From NCBI GenBank assembly GCA_037140515.1, contig JBAXEI010000003.1:300-64299 (forward strand): DNA of 64,000 bases. Reading direction: 5' to 3'. The stretch's first letter is position 1. Each line of letters starts with the position of its first letter. The stretch is from Candidatus Berkelbacteria bacterium (GTDB taxonomy: Bacteria; Patescibacteriota; UBA1384; XYA2-FULL-43-10; 1-14-0-10-43-13). A model generated the notes under the pieces. That model saw nothing but the letters and a program-made list of their open reading frames with translations. It did no database searches and was not told the origin of the DNA. Made by a program: the position numbers and the translations under genes. Positions 1 to 9,364 of this stretch are shown one piece after another.

Positions 1-894
1 AGCCGTATCGTTTAGCGTATAGAGGATTATCGCGATAAGTGTATGGCCGTCTCTCTTAGCGGCTGCCACAAGGCAGTGGCTAGCTTCAGGCATGTAGCCT
101 GTTTTGACCCCAAGAATTCCAGAATAGTTCCACTCAGAGACCAATCTATTTGAATTTTTCAGATCATGTGAAATTCTGCCAGAGACACTCGAGACCGTTG
201 TCTGTGGAGTTCGGACGATCTCAGCAAAAAGCGGCAGTTTCATTGCATACTTCGTAATAATCGAGAGATCACTGGCAGTTGACCAGCCTGTTGTATCTAA
301 GCCAGCGGGATCATGATACTCAGTGGAGTTCATACCAAGCGACTTCGCTTTCTCGTTCATCAGAGCAACAAATTTATCAACGCCTGTCTCGTTCCCCGTA
401 TTCATGTGCTCGGCCATCGCATAGGCTGCACGATTTGAGGAAATGATGAGCATGACTTTCAGCAGATTCTGTACGGTAATCTGCTCATTTGTCGTGGTTG
501 TGTAGTCGAGACCGACTTGATTAGCTGCCTTATTAGAAATTGTGACTATATCATCAAGCTTATAATTTTCCAGAGCGATCACCGACGTCATAATCTTCGT
601 CGTCGAGGCAATAGGTACTTTTTCGTTTTCATTTTGCATCGCAAGATATGTGTTGCTATCGGAATCCAAAAGCAAGTAATTCTTTGCGTAAATATTTGGC
701 TCAATCGCACTAGCTTTCACGCGAGGAGGTATTTTGATCTCTGGGAGATCAATCGCCGTATTGAAAGAAGCTGCAGCAATGGACTCATTTCCCGCTCGAG
801 ATGACAATATCTGTCGATCAAGGTCGAGCGACTTTGCGGACATACCAAAAGTATTAAAAAATATCGATAAAATCAGCAAAAACTTTGCAATCAT
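1..894 (-). CDS. dacA: D-alanyl-D-alanine carboxypeptidase (peptidase S11/PBP5 family), 5' part only; the gene runs off the window start
   Basis: My own minus-strand translation from the ATG at 894 (rc ...aataaaATGattgca) is open for 298 codons to position 1. It has a signal peptide MIAKFLLILSIFFNTFGMSA and the S11 motifs SxxK (IASTTKIM), SxN (IISSNRAA) and KTG (GVKTGY). It is missing from the ORF track because no stop lies inside the window. Confidence 0.8.
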   Translation of the reverse strand, partial: MIAKFLLILSIFFNTFGMSAKSLDLDRQILSSRAGNESIAAASFNTAIDLPEIKIPPRVKASAIEPNIYAKNYLLLDSDSNTYLAMQNENEKVPIASTTKIMTSVIALENYKLDDIVTISNKAANQVGLDYTTTTNEQITVQNLLKVMLIISSNRAAYAMAEHMNTGNETGVDKFVALMNEKAKSLGMNSTEYHDPAGLDTTGWSTASDLSIITKYAMKLPLFAEIVRTPQTTVSSVSGRISHDLKNSNRLVSEWNYSGILGVKTGYMPEASHCLVAAAKRDGHTLIAIILYTLNDTA

Positions 895-907
895 TTTATT
901 TGTTCGT

Positions 908-1633
908 TTAGACTATTTGTTCTTTGGAAATCTTTTTAAATTCGCCAGGGGCCAAATTCAAATCATCAAGGCTAAGCTTGCCGATTCTGATTCGAACAAG
1001 TTTTAGCACTTCTAGGCCTATTTTATCAGACATCTTACGTATTTGTCGATTGTAGCCGGTGTGGAGAACTAAATTGAGATGCCAAATTTTGTTTGGCGCG
1101 TCTGGACTTGGAATGATGCTAACCTCGTCAGCTTTCATCAAATGTCCATCGATCTCAAGACCACGGGTAAGTCGTTTGATCGCATCATCGACATTTTTCA
1201 CAACGCGACCGCTGTTTACGGCATCAACATCATACTCTTTCTCATGTTTGAAACTTGGATGTGTGATTAGCTGAGTAAGTTCGCCATCGTTTGTCAGCAA
1301 CATCAAGCCTTCAGAGTCAGCATCAAGCCGACCAACTGGATAGACTGCTGCATCCTTCGGAATTATATCCATCACAGTTGGACGCTCAAATTCGTCGCTA
1401 ACAGTAGACAGATAGCCTTTTGGTTTATAAATTGCATAGTATTGCAACTCACCAGTAGGCGCGACTTTTTCACCTTTGAATATGACAATATCACACGAGT
1501 CATCAATAGTTGTACCGAGCTTATCGATCACAACATTGTTGACCATGACATCGCCTGCAAGGATATGCTCTTCGGCCTTACGCCGAGAGCATACACCTGC
1601 ATTTGCTAAATATTTGTTTAGTCTGATTTGCAT
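908..1633 (-). CDS. 23S/16S rRNA pseudouridine synthase, RsuA/RluB family (S4 domain plus pseudouridine-synthase core)
   Basis: N-terminal S4 RNA-binding motif (LNKYLANAGVCSRRKAEEHI) and catalytic region ...VGRLDADSEGLMLLTNDG. Confidence 0.8.
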   Translation of the reverse strand: MQIRLNKYLANAGVCSRRKAEEHILAGDVMVNNVVIDKLGTTIDDSCDIVIFKGEKVAPTGELQYYAIYKPKGYLSTVSDEFERPTVMDIIPKDAAVYPVGRLDADSEGLMLLTNDGELTQLITHPSFKHEKEYDVDAVNSGRVVKNVDDAIKRLTRGLEIDGHLMKADEVSIIPSPDAPNKIWHLNLVLHTGYNRQIRKMSDKIGLEVLKLVRIRIGKLSLDDLNLAPGEFKKISKEQIV

Positions 1634-3066
1634 TAGTCTCCTATGACCGTTTCTGCGCCCTGAAGCTCTTTGCCTTCAGCTTCTTTCGCTAGACGAACAT
1701 GAACATCCTTGAGCTGTTGCTCAGAGATTTGGCTTGGAGCGCCCATCATCACGTCTCTTGCATCACCAGTTTTTGGGAAAGCCATGACTTCGCGAATATT
1801 TTTCTCACCAGCGAGAAGCATAACCAAACGATCGATTCCAGGAGCGATGCCGGCATGAGGCGGAGCACCATACTCAAATGCTTCGAGGATATGACCAAAA
1901 CGTCGGTGCTTTTCTTCAGCAGATACACCAAGAAGATCGAAGATTTTATCTTGGATATCTCTTTGGTGAATTCTGACTGAGCCACCGCCAACCTCATAGC
2001 CGTTTAGAACTAAGTCATAAGCATAAGCACGTGCTTCCCCTGGCTTGGTATCAAGAAGAGCGATATCCTCTTTCTGAGGCATCGTAAATGGATGGTGAGA
2101 AGAGACAAGTTTCTTATCAGCGGCTGAGTATTTGAAAAGTGGTGGATCGGTTACCCAACAAAAAGCGAGCTCGTTGTCATCCTCTTTGTCTTCGCGAAGA
2201 TCTGGTTTATCGTTTCCATATTTTTCCATTGAATCTTTATAAACAATTCTTGGAAATGGTGTCGACTTGATATGCTTCTCTGGAGCTACAGCCTTGACCA
2301 TCTCAATCATCATTTTTTCAACTAGTTGAAGGACTTCCTCTTGATCAACAAAGCTCATCTCCATATCAAGCTGAGTGAACTCAGGCTGCCTGTCACCTCG
2401 TTGATCTTCATCACGAAAACATCGCGCAACTTGGAAATAGCGCTCAATGCCAGCGACCATAAGAAGCTGCTTGAACTGCTGAGGACTCTGAGGTAGTACG
2501 TAAAACGAGCCAGGATAAACGCGTGAAGGAACGATAAATTCACGTGCGCCTTCTGGGGTAGATTTGGTGAGAAATGGCGTTTCGATTTCGCGAAAACCCT
2601 CTTTCCAAAGATATTCTCGGAAGAAACGAACCATGTTATGACGAAGTGTGATGTTTTTGTTCATTCTCTCACTTCGAATGTCGAGATATCGGTATTTCAA
2701 ACGAAGCTCTTCGTCTATCCCTACTGTATTTTTGTCGACTTCAAAAGGAGGCGTTTTGGCTTGATTTAGGACTTCGATGTCGATAGCTTCCATCTCAACA
2801 GTCCCTGTAACCATCTTTGGATTAATCATCTTCTCTGGTCGAGTATTGATCTTGCCAGTGACTGAGATGACCCATTCAGGACGAACATCTGTGATTTTGT
2901 CATACGCCTTGCTTCCTGGGACAAAGACAATCTGAATCAGACCAGATCTATCTCTGAGATCGACAAAAACAATCTTGCCGTGATCACGACGAGTGTTCAC
3001 CCAGCCAGAAATTTTTACCTCTTCTCCAGCCTTACTTGCGGTCTCTTCGATTAGAATTCTTTTCAT
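1633..3066 (-). CDS. lysS: Lysyl-tRNA synthetase, class II
   Basis: OB-fold anticodon-binding N-terminus (GWVNTRRDHGKIVFVDLRDRSGLIQIV) and class-II core motifs. Start placed at MKRIL (ATG 3066) to avoid overlap with pheT. The ORF track's 3111 start would overlap pheT by 26 bp. Confidence 0.85.
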   Translation of the reverse strand: MKRILIEETASKAGEEVKISGWVNTRRDHGKIVFVDLRDRSGLIQIVFVPGSKAYDKITDVRPEWVISVTGKINTRPEKMINPKMVTGTVEMEAIDIEVLNQAKTPPFEVDKNTVGIDEELRLKYRYLDIRSERMNKNITLRHNMVRFFREYLWKEGFREIETPFLTKSTPEGAREFIVPSRVYPGSFYVLPQSPQQFKQLLMVAGIERYFQVARCFRDEDQRGDRQPEFTQLDMEMSFVDQEEVLQLVEKMMIEMVKAVAPEKHIKSTPFPRIVYKDSMEKYGNDKPDLREDKEDDNELAFCWVTDPPLFKYSAADKKLVSSHHPFTMPQKEDIALLDTKPGEARAYAYDLVLNGYEVGGGSVRIHQRDIQDKIFDLLGVSAEEKHRRFGHILEAFEYGAPPHAGIAPGIDRLVMLLAGEKNIREVMAFPKTGDARDVMMGAPSQISEQQLKDVHVRLAKEAEGKELQGAETVIGD

Positions 3067-3085
3067 ATATAGTCCTTTTAATTTA

Positions 3086-5344
3086 TTATTTATCTCTAAA
3101 CTTTGCTTCAAACTTCTCTTCTACAGCATCAACAACCTTCTTGATGATATCGTTTGCGTCAGCGTCTACCATTGTCTTATTCATATCCTGAAGATAAAGA
3201 TGGTAAGCAATATTTTTCTTGCCAGCACCGAGCTTATCAGATGCAAATTCGTCGAAAAGCTCAACTCGGTTTATATGATCTGAAATGCTATAAATAAGAT
3301 CACCAACTTCGCTGGAAGATATATTTGCATTTACCAAGAACGCTAAATCTCGAGTAAGAGACGGGTATTTCGAAAGCGGACGATAATGAATATTTTTTGT
3401 GTACTCCTTGATCTCAGGATTCAGATCTGTCTTTTTCATTGCTTCAACGAGGACGTCCATGTCAATCTCAGCGACACATGTGACTAGCTTCTTGATCTTG
3501 AACCGTTCAACTTCAGCGGCGGTAAGCTCACGGACATTAAACAGTTTTGCATCGATTTTGGCAGTATCAGCAATTTTCATTACTGCAGCTTCGATCTCTT
3601 TCTTGGCTTGTTTCCCTGATGTCGCTATTGTGAGATAAACATTTTCTTCTTTTTTCGTAAAAGCATGGCCAACTTCGAAGATCAAAACCTGATCAAAAGT
3701 TGGATTCTTGGCAACTGCCTTGAGTATTCCAGGAATTAGAGATTTTCGAAGATATTTGATTTCAGGCTGAACTGGATTCGCGACCTCTATGAGATCGTCA
3801 GCAGAGTCGCCCAAAACTTTGAGATCCTGCTCGCTCATGAAAGCGTAGCCGTAAACCTCAGAAAAGCCTTCATCGACAAGAATATCTTTGATAAATTCTT
3901 TGAAGTAGTATGGACTCTTTGCAGGCGCCGCAGTGACTGGGATAGAAGCTTTCGGAATATTGTTCAGACCGTAGATACGAGAAACTTCCTCGGCGAGGTC
4001 CTGCCAGATAGAAACATCGTGACGCCAAGATGGCACAACAACATGATCTTTTTCTATTGCAAAACCGAGGCCAAGTAATATTTTGTCAATTTCTTCATTC
4101 TTCAGCTTCAAACCACATAATGCATTGATTTTCTCGTAGTTTAATTCAGCTATTTCAACAACTCTAGGCGATGCAACAGAAACTAAGTCGGAGCTGACTT
4201 CTCCACCTGCCAATTCAAGAATAAGGCTTGTTGCTTTTGAAATCGCCTTTACTAGCGCGCCAGAATCAATTCCACGTTCATATCGGTAGCTTGCGTCAGT
4301 TGATAGATTTAGAGTTTTTGCCGTTTTTCTGATGCTTCTTCTCTCAAACTCAGCACACTCAAGTATGATCTCCGTGGTATCTGCCTCAATCTCAGAGTTT
4401 GCACCGCCCATGACGCCTGCTAAGGCGATTGCATCGTGTTCGTCGGCAATCACGAGCATATCCTCGTTTAGCGCACGCACGCTGCCGTCTAGGGTCACGA
4501 GATCCTCGTTCTCATGTGCTTTGCGGACGATAATCCCCTCTTTTACCTTCTTCGCATCAAAAGCGTGCATTGGCTGGCCCATATCGAGCATGATGTAGTT
4601 TGTGATATCAACAATATTATTGATAGAGCGAGAGCCACAAGCCTCTACTCGTTTCTTTAGCCACTCTGGCGATTCGCCGATCTTGATGTTTTTGATCTTG
4701 ATTCCATGATATTGCATGCAGAGCTCTGGATTTTCTATTTTGATAGACAACCCTTCATTTCCAGCTTTTAGCTCAGGTAAAACTTTCTCTGCTTTTAGCT
4801 CTTTCTTCAACAGAGCTCTAAGCTCGCGAGCAACGCCAAGATGAGAGAGCTCATCACCTCTGTTTGGAGTGATTTCGACATCGAAAACAGTATCAGATTC
4901 AATATATGAATTTAGAGTTTTCCCGACAGTCCAGCTAGCATCTAGAATCATGATTCCAGCATGATCAGCGCCAAGTCCGAGTTCATCAGCAGCGCAGAGC
5001 ATACCAAAAGACTCGACACCACGAATTTCCGCTTTTTTGATTACGAAATCTTCGCCAAGATTGGCACCGACAAGAGCGAGAGGAACAATTTGGCCAGCTT
5101 CGATATTTGGTGCGCCACAGACAATCTGTAGCTCTTCCTCGCCAGTCCAAACTTTCGCGATGCGTAGCCGATCAGCATTTGGATGAGGACTGACTTCACG
5201 GATTTCAGCTATGATGACTTTGTCATCAAGAGTAGACTGAAAATCGTCAACGGCTGTACCAGAGAGGCTAAGTGCGTCTGCCAATTCTTGATCAGTGAGA
5301 TCGAAATCTATGTATTCTTTTAACCAACTTTTTAGTATTTTCAT
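3086..5344 (-). CDS. pheT: Phenylalanyl-tRNA synthetase beta subunit
   Basis: 752 aa with tRNA-binding, B3/B4 and B5 domains (FDVEITPNRGDELSHLGVAREL). Confidence 0.9.
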   Translation of the reverse strand: MKILKSWLKEYIDFDLTDQELADALSLSGTAVDDFQSTLDDKVIIAEIREVSPHPNADRLRIAKVWTGEEELQIVCGAPNIEAGQIVPLALVGANLGEDFVIKKAEIRGVESFGMLCAADELGLGADHAGIMILDASWTVGKTLNSYIESDTVFDVEITPNRGDELSHLGVARELRALLKKELKAEKVLPELKAGNEGLSIKIENPELCMQYHGIKIKNIKIGESPEWLKKRVEACGSRSINNIVDITNYIMLDMGQPMHAFDAKKVKEGIIVRKAHENEDLVTLDGSVRALNEDMLVIADEHDAIALAGVMGGANSEIEADTTEIILECAEFERRSIRKTAKTLNLSTDASYRYERGIDSGALVKAISKATSLILELAGGEVSSDLVSVASPRVVEIAELNYEKINALCGLKLKNEEIDKILLGLGFAIEKDHVVVPSWRHDVSIWQDLAEEVSRIYGLNNIPKASIPVTAAPAKSPYYFKEFIKDILVDEGFSEVYGYAFMSEQDLKVLGDSADDLIEVANPVQPEIKYLRKSLIPGILKAVAKNPTFDQVLIFEVGHAFTKKEENVYLTIATSGKQAKKEIEAAVMKIADTAKIDAKLFNVRELTAAEVERFKIKKLVTCVAEIDMDVLVEAMKKTDLNPEIKEYTKNIHYRPLSKYPSLTRDLAFLVNANISSSEVGDLIYSISDHINRVELFDEFASDKLGAGKKNIAYHLYLQDMNKTMVDADANDIIKKVVDAVEEKFEAKFRDK

Positions 5345-5370
5345 ATATATCCTAGTTTTGATTTATGCTG

Positions 5371-6054
5371 TTAGAACTGCTTCAGGAAACGAAGATCGCC
5401 AAGGCGAAATGGCCTGATATCTTGAATGCCGTACTTGACCATGATCGGGCGCTCAATTCCTGGACCAAAAGCGAAGCCAGAGTAGATCTTTGGATCTAGG
5501 CCCATATTCTCAATAACCTTTGGATGGACCATGCCGGCGCCGCCAAGCTCAAACCACTTATTTTTGAATCTAGCATAAAACTCAACACTTGGCTCAGTAA
5601 ATGGAAAATGTCCAGTCTGAAAGCGGATTTTGACATCGTCACCGTATGTGTATTTGTAGAAATCTTCCAGAATCTTGATAAGCTGACCCAAATGAACACC
5701 TTTGTCGATGTATAGGCCTTCAAGCTGCAAAAAAGTAGTTTCATGGCCAGCATCGGTTGACTCGTTTCTGTAGCAAACTCCTGGGACGATCACTTTGATC
5801 GGCGGAGTCTTGCCTTCACCATAACGAACCTGCGAATTTGATGTCTGCGTGCGAAGAAGTCGCCCATCTTTGAGCCAGAAAGTGTCTTGTGTGTCGCGAG
5901 AAGGATGGTCGGAAGCAACATTTAGCGCATCGAAATTGTACCATTCAGTATCGACTTCTGGGCCTTCAAAAACGTCAAAGCCAAGCTTTTCGAAAAACAT
6001 TACAGCTTTTCTGACTGTCTGAGTGACTGGATGAAGTGTACCTTGTGATTTCAT
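5371..6054 (-). CDS. pheS: Phenylalanyl-tRNA synthetase alpha subunit (short form lacking the N-terminal coiled-coil)
   Basis: Class-II catalytic core FQTGHFPFTEPSVEF...GAGMVHP...FAFGPGIERP. Only 227 aa. Confidence 0.85.
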   Translation of the reverse strand: MKSQGTLHPVTQTVRKAVMFFEKLGFDVFEGPEVDTEWYNFDALNVASDHPSRDTQDTFWLKDGRLLRTQTSNSQVRYGEGKTPPIKVIVPGVCYRNESTDAGHETTFLQLEGLYIDKGVHLGQLIKILEDFYKYTYGDDVKIRFQTGHFPFTEPSVEFYARFKNKWFELGGAGMVHPKVIENMGLDPKIYSGFAFGPGIERPIMVKYGIQDIRPFRLGDLRFLKQF

Positions 6055-6094
6055 ATGACTTCCTTCTTAAAATATTGCGAACTTGTATGTAAAA

Positions 6095-6478
6095 TTATTT
6101 GACTTTTGTCTTCTTGGTTTGAAAAAAAAGCTCGAGTAACGCTGTGACTATAAGCAGAGAAATACCGGTAAGCCAATCGAGGATATGCATACTGGCAAGG
6201 AAAAGTGCAGCGGTCGCTGCAAGTGAAAAAAGTGAAGCCTGACGGACTGATGGCCAGAAATGATTGTAGATTGTTTTCTCTTTGCTGACACGCGATTTGA
6301 TGAAGTAAAGAGCTATCGCAACAATTCCAGCAAGAGCCATAAAAAATGATACGTAAAAATTTACGAAGATTGTACGACCCGCTTGATATGGATCGTAGTT
6401 GAATATGCTAATAACAGTCGATGCGACTGCGAGGACTGTCAGCGAAAATAGAAAAAATAAATTTCTAAGCAAGGCCAT
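6095..6478 (-). CDS. Hypothetical small membrane protein (3-4 TM)
   Basis: Hydrophobic 127-aa ORF, start abutting rbfA. Confidence 0.5.
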   Translation of the reverse strand: MALLRNLFFLFSLTVLAVASTVISIFNYDPYQAGRTIFVNFYVSFFMALAGIVAIALYFIKSRVSKEKTIYNHFWPSVRQASLFSLAATAALFLASMHILDWLTGISLLIVTALLELFFQTKKTKVK

Positions 6479-6822
6479 TATTTCTCTTTGATTTCGTTTA
6501 ATATTTTCTCGATTTTGGATGCTTTTTCTTCAGTCAGGTCGCTCACGAAGTAGAGGCTAGGAACACGTCTTGCCACGATTCTCTTGGCCAAAACAGTACG
6601 AATTCTTGGTGCTTCGATGCGGCAGGTATTTATCACCTTTTCGATATTGTTTATCGCACTTACCCAGACCTTCGCAAAGGACAAATCCTTCGAGATGTGG
6701 ACTTGGGTTACTGTCACGATTTGATCAGGAAAAAGCAGTCTTAGCTCTTCTGAGACTTCTCGCAAAATCAACTCATCAAATTTTTGCATTCTATTTGTTA
6801 CCATATCTATTTTATAGCACAA
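6478..6822 (-). CDS. rbfA: Ribosome-binding factor A
   Basis: RbfA-like pattern (...VTVTQVHISKDLSFAKVWVS...). Alternative starts at 6807 or 6789 (MQKFDE). Confidence 0.65.
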   Translation of the reverse strand: MCYKIDMVTNRMQKFDELILREVSEELRLLFPDQIVTVTQVHISKDLSFAKVWVSAINNIEKVINTCRIEAPRIRTVLAKRIVARRVPSLYFVSDLTEEKASKIEKILNEIKEK

Positions 6823-6870
6823 AAATCACTTCTTTACTACATCTGTGAATAAGAGACTAGGTGTTTACAT

Positions 6871-6946
6871 TGTCATCCTGAACTTGATTCAGGATCTTCT
6901 AACCGTTTAAATAGCGACGGGATCCTGAAACAAGTTCAGGATGACA
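6871..6946. mobile_element. MITE-like nested palindromic element, subfamily A (copy A1, inverted relative to A2/A3)
   Basis: TGTCATCCTGAACTTG...CAAGTTCAGGATGACA termini. Each end is itself a hairpin (GATCCTGAA-N4-TTCAGGATC). The core aaccgtttaaatagcgacgg is the reverse complement of the A2 core. Confidence 0.55.
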
Positions 6947-6958
6947 CGCGCTTAAGCA

Positions 6959-7474
6959 TTATTTCTGTTTGAACTCAACCTGCAGAATGTTAGAATCGAG
7001 AATTTCGGTGCTAACAATCTCAAAAGAGCTGTTTTCTGAAATATTTTTGAATAATGGAGTTCCGTTGTCTACAATGACCGAATTATAATTGATAATCATC
7101 CTGTTTATCATATTTTTCTCAAGAAAATCAGAGTAGAGAGATGTACCGCCTGAGACCAAGCCAACTTTTATGCCATTTTCTTCAAGCTTAGCATTCAAAT
7201 CATTGATATCTTTACAGAATACGACATTCTTAAATTCGCTTTTGGTCTCCTCGCCGGATGGGACAAAGATCATTTCGTCCTTGAAATCGGAGATATACTC
7301 CTCGCCCCAGGAAAGGACTTTTTCGTATGTTTTTCGTCCCCAGATCAGATTGCCGTGATCGCTCACGATTTTCTTGAACTCTTCCCAATTTTGTTCTGGA
7401 AAACAATCCTCAGTACCATCGGCGCTTGCAATATAGCCATTCATCGAAACAGTTGCATACAAATCAAACTTCAT
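6959..7474 (-). CDS. Dihydrofolate reductase-like protein (RibD C-terminal domain family)
   Basis: YATVSMNGYIA...LVSGGTSLYSDFL pattern typical of the RibD_C / DHFR-like family. Confidence 0.6.
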   Translation of the reverse strand: MKFDLYATVSMNGYIASADGTEDCFPEQNWEEFKKIVSDHGNLIWGRKTYEKVLSWGEEYISDFKDEMIFVPSGEETKSEFKNVVFCKDINDLNAKLEENGIKVGLVSGGTSLYSDFLEKNMINRMIINYNSVIVDNGTPLFKNISENSSFEIVSTEILDSNILQVEFKQK

Positions 7475-7526
7475 AATATTTCCTCTGTCTAATTACATCT
7501 TTATACAAGTATTCTAGAGTATTTTG

Positions 7527-7568
7527 CAATAAAAAAATACCTCGATTCATTTATTGAGATCGAGGTAT
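7527..7568 (-). terminator. Intrinsic terminator for the 7574-8068 gene
   Basis: Hairpin ATACCTCGAT-12-ATCGAGGTAT followed on the minus strand by a T-run (plus-strand AAAAAAA at 7531-7537). Confidence 0.6.
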
Positions 7569-7573
7569 CACGA

Positions 7574-8068
7574 TTAATTGGTTGTTTGTCTTTTCTTGCC
7601 TGCAGAAAGGAAAGTAAGGCATAGGCCTATAATAACTGCCACAAAAGACAGAACAATCAGCAGAGCTAAAATTGATTTCATGCCTATCCAGATCAATACG
7701 ATCAGAACATTCACAACGATCAAGGAGAGCGTAAACCAACCGAGCCATGGTCTTGGTTTACGCTCCTTTAGCAGTTCAAAAGATTCCAGGCCATATGGGT
7801 CAAATACGCTTAGCCCCGCACAAAGCCAATAGAACATAAGAGAGAAACAGACTAGCCCGATATCAGGATGATTGTTTGGAGCAAGTAGACACAACGTGGC
7901 ATACCACGTCGGAGCAAGGATAAAAAATATTACCTTTGCAACCCGGATAAGATTGGCACAAGTTTCATCATTCTTTCTTTCGTAAGCCTTTGCGGCCAGA
8001 AATAAGAAAAATATAGTTGCAAGTACACAACCGAGTGAAATATACGATGCGATGATTATCATCAGCAC
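7574..8068 (-). CDS. Hypothetical integral membrane protein (about 4 TM)
   Basis: 164-aa hydrophobic ORF with its own hairpin terminator. Confidence 0.55.
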   Translation of the reverse strand: MLMIIIASYISLGCVLATIFFLFLAAKAYERKNDETCANLIRVAKVIFFILAPTWYATLCLLAPNNHPDIGLVCFSLMFYWLCAGLSVFDPYGLESFELLKERKPRPWLGWFTLSLIVVNVLIVLIWIGMKSILALLIVLSFVAVIIGLCLTFLSAGKKRQTTN

Positions 8069-8207
8069 TCCCCCTTTTTTACATTGCCGGCCCTTGCCTT
8101 AGTTAATGTATTGCGCATAATATAACACTTTTTTGAACGTTTTGTCAAGACAGGTTTTGGCGAATAAAAAATACCTCAGCGATGTTTTGCCAAGGTATCT
8201 GTGATAT

Positions 8208-8723
8208 TCACTTTTTTCTCGTTGTGATCCACACAACGGATGGGATAGGTTTTGCCGGCTTTTCCGGTGGGACTGGCGGACAGATGTCCGCGGTTGACAT
8301 CGGTGTATAACGCTCGACTATCGTCCAGCCAATAATCTGCCGATTGGGACACTCTCGATCAAATGTCGCCATGTCTTGCTCAAAGGTAGAGACAATTTCC
8401 CTTTTATCTGTCAGCCGAAGCTTCCAAACATAGGTATCTTCGCTCATCTTCGTAAAGTTAGGACCTGCAAATTGAGTAGCATTTTCGCTCTCAAACGCCA
8501 ATTTTTTGGCTGATGCTGCTTTTGCATCGTATGCCGCGCCAAATACTGCGCAAAGTACAAATACTACTGTGAGTATAAGCAACAGTTTGAGAATCCCCGA
8601 GCGGTCATCTTTCTGACTCATTTCGCTCACCTCCGAAATTTCGTTCTGATCTGAGAGTACTATCTTCTTCTCGAATATGCAAGATAAAAAAATATGGCTG
8701 GTAGAATAAATTCCACCAGCCAC
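8208..8723 (-). CDS. Hypothetical membrane-anchored protein
   Basis: Internal TM segment LKLLLILTVVFVLCAVFGAAY. The true start is probably MSQKDD, near 8621. Forms an operon with 8728-9210 (5-bp gap). Confidence 0.5.
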   Translation of the reverse strand: MAGGIYSTSHIFLSCIFEKKIVLSDQNEISEVSEMSQKDDRSGILKLLLILTVVFVLCAVFGAAYDAKAASAKKLAFESENATQFAGPNFTKMSEDTYVWKLRLTDKREIVSTFEQDMATFDRECPNRQIIGWTIVERYTPMSTADICPPVPPEKPAKPIPSVVWITTRKK

Positions 8724-8727
8724 TAAC

Positions 8728-9210
8728 TTACTTACGATACGTTACCGCTGCCTTAGGTGATAGAGGATAGACATCATGAATATAATTCAGGGCGTCCTTC
8801 TCTTTGTTAAAGGCCAAAGTAACTTTTTCATCAGGAACTTCAAAGGTATCATTTACGTTACCATATTGAATAATCCAGATGTTATGCTGACGATCAGTCA
8901 ACATCCCAGTAGAGACCAATGCTGCTAATGCGATTTTCAGCACCTTTGCATGAGTAACCCCAGAATCTCTCAAAGTCCTCAGGAAATTCCATGAGACTCT
9001 GATCTGATCTTCAACAATCGTTGGCCATAAATTTGCCAAAAATGGTGCTGTTTCGAAGGCTTTTGATTGATAGCTAAAGATTCCTTCGATCTCGTCACGA
9101 TCGGCATCAGAACAATTATAAAGTGCCTGATTTTGCCAATCTTTACTCGTAGGGTTATATTGAAATACAACTCCACTGATAGGTTTGGGCATGCTTGGAC
9201 TTGCTGGCAT
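8728..9210 (-). CDS. Hypothetical protein
   Basis: 160-aa ORF immediately upstream of, and co-oriented with, 8208-8723. Confidence 0.5.
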   Translation of the reverse strand: MPASPSMPKPISGVVFQYNPTSKDWQNQALYNCSDADRDEIEGIFSYQSKAFETAPFLANLWPTIVEDQIRVSWNFLRTLRDSGVTHAKVLKIALAALVSTGMLTDRQHNIWIIQYGNVNDTFEVPDEKVTLAFNKEKDALNYIHDVYPLSPKAAVTYRK

Positions 9211-9315
9211 AATATACCTCCTTATGCCATTTTGATTCGCTAAATACTTTATACAACTTTATTATAATATTGTCAATAGTTACTGACAAAGCAATCTTTT
9301 ATAAGATGCTTTCCC

Positions 9316-9352
9316 TACAACAAAAGCGCTTCGAAATGAGCGCTTTTGTTGT
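9316..9352. terminator. Palindromic bidirectional intrinsic terminator (racemase 3' side)
   Basis: CTACAACAAAAGCGCTTC-GAAATG-AGCGCTTTTGTTGTAG is a perfect palindrome with A-tract / T-tract arms. It is near-identical to 10138-10173. Confidence 0.6.
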
Positions 9353-9364
9353 AGGTGCAATAAC

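Noticed and set aside
517-1006. Plus-strand ORFs 517-804 and 734-1006 from the track
   Set aside because: They lie antisense to the clearly coding minus-strand D-Ala-D-Ala carboxypeptidase (SxxK/SxN/KTG motifs). They have no RBS and their composition is odd, so they are spurious.
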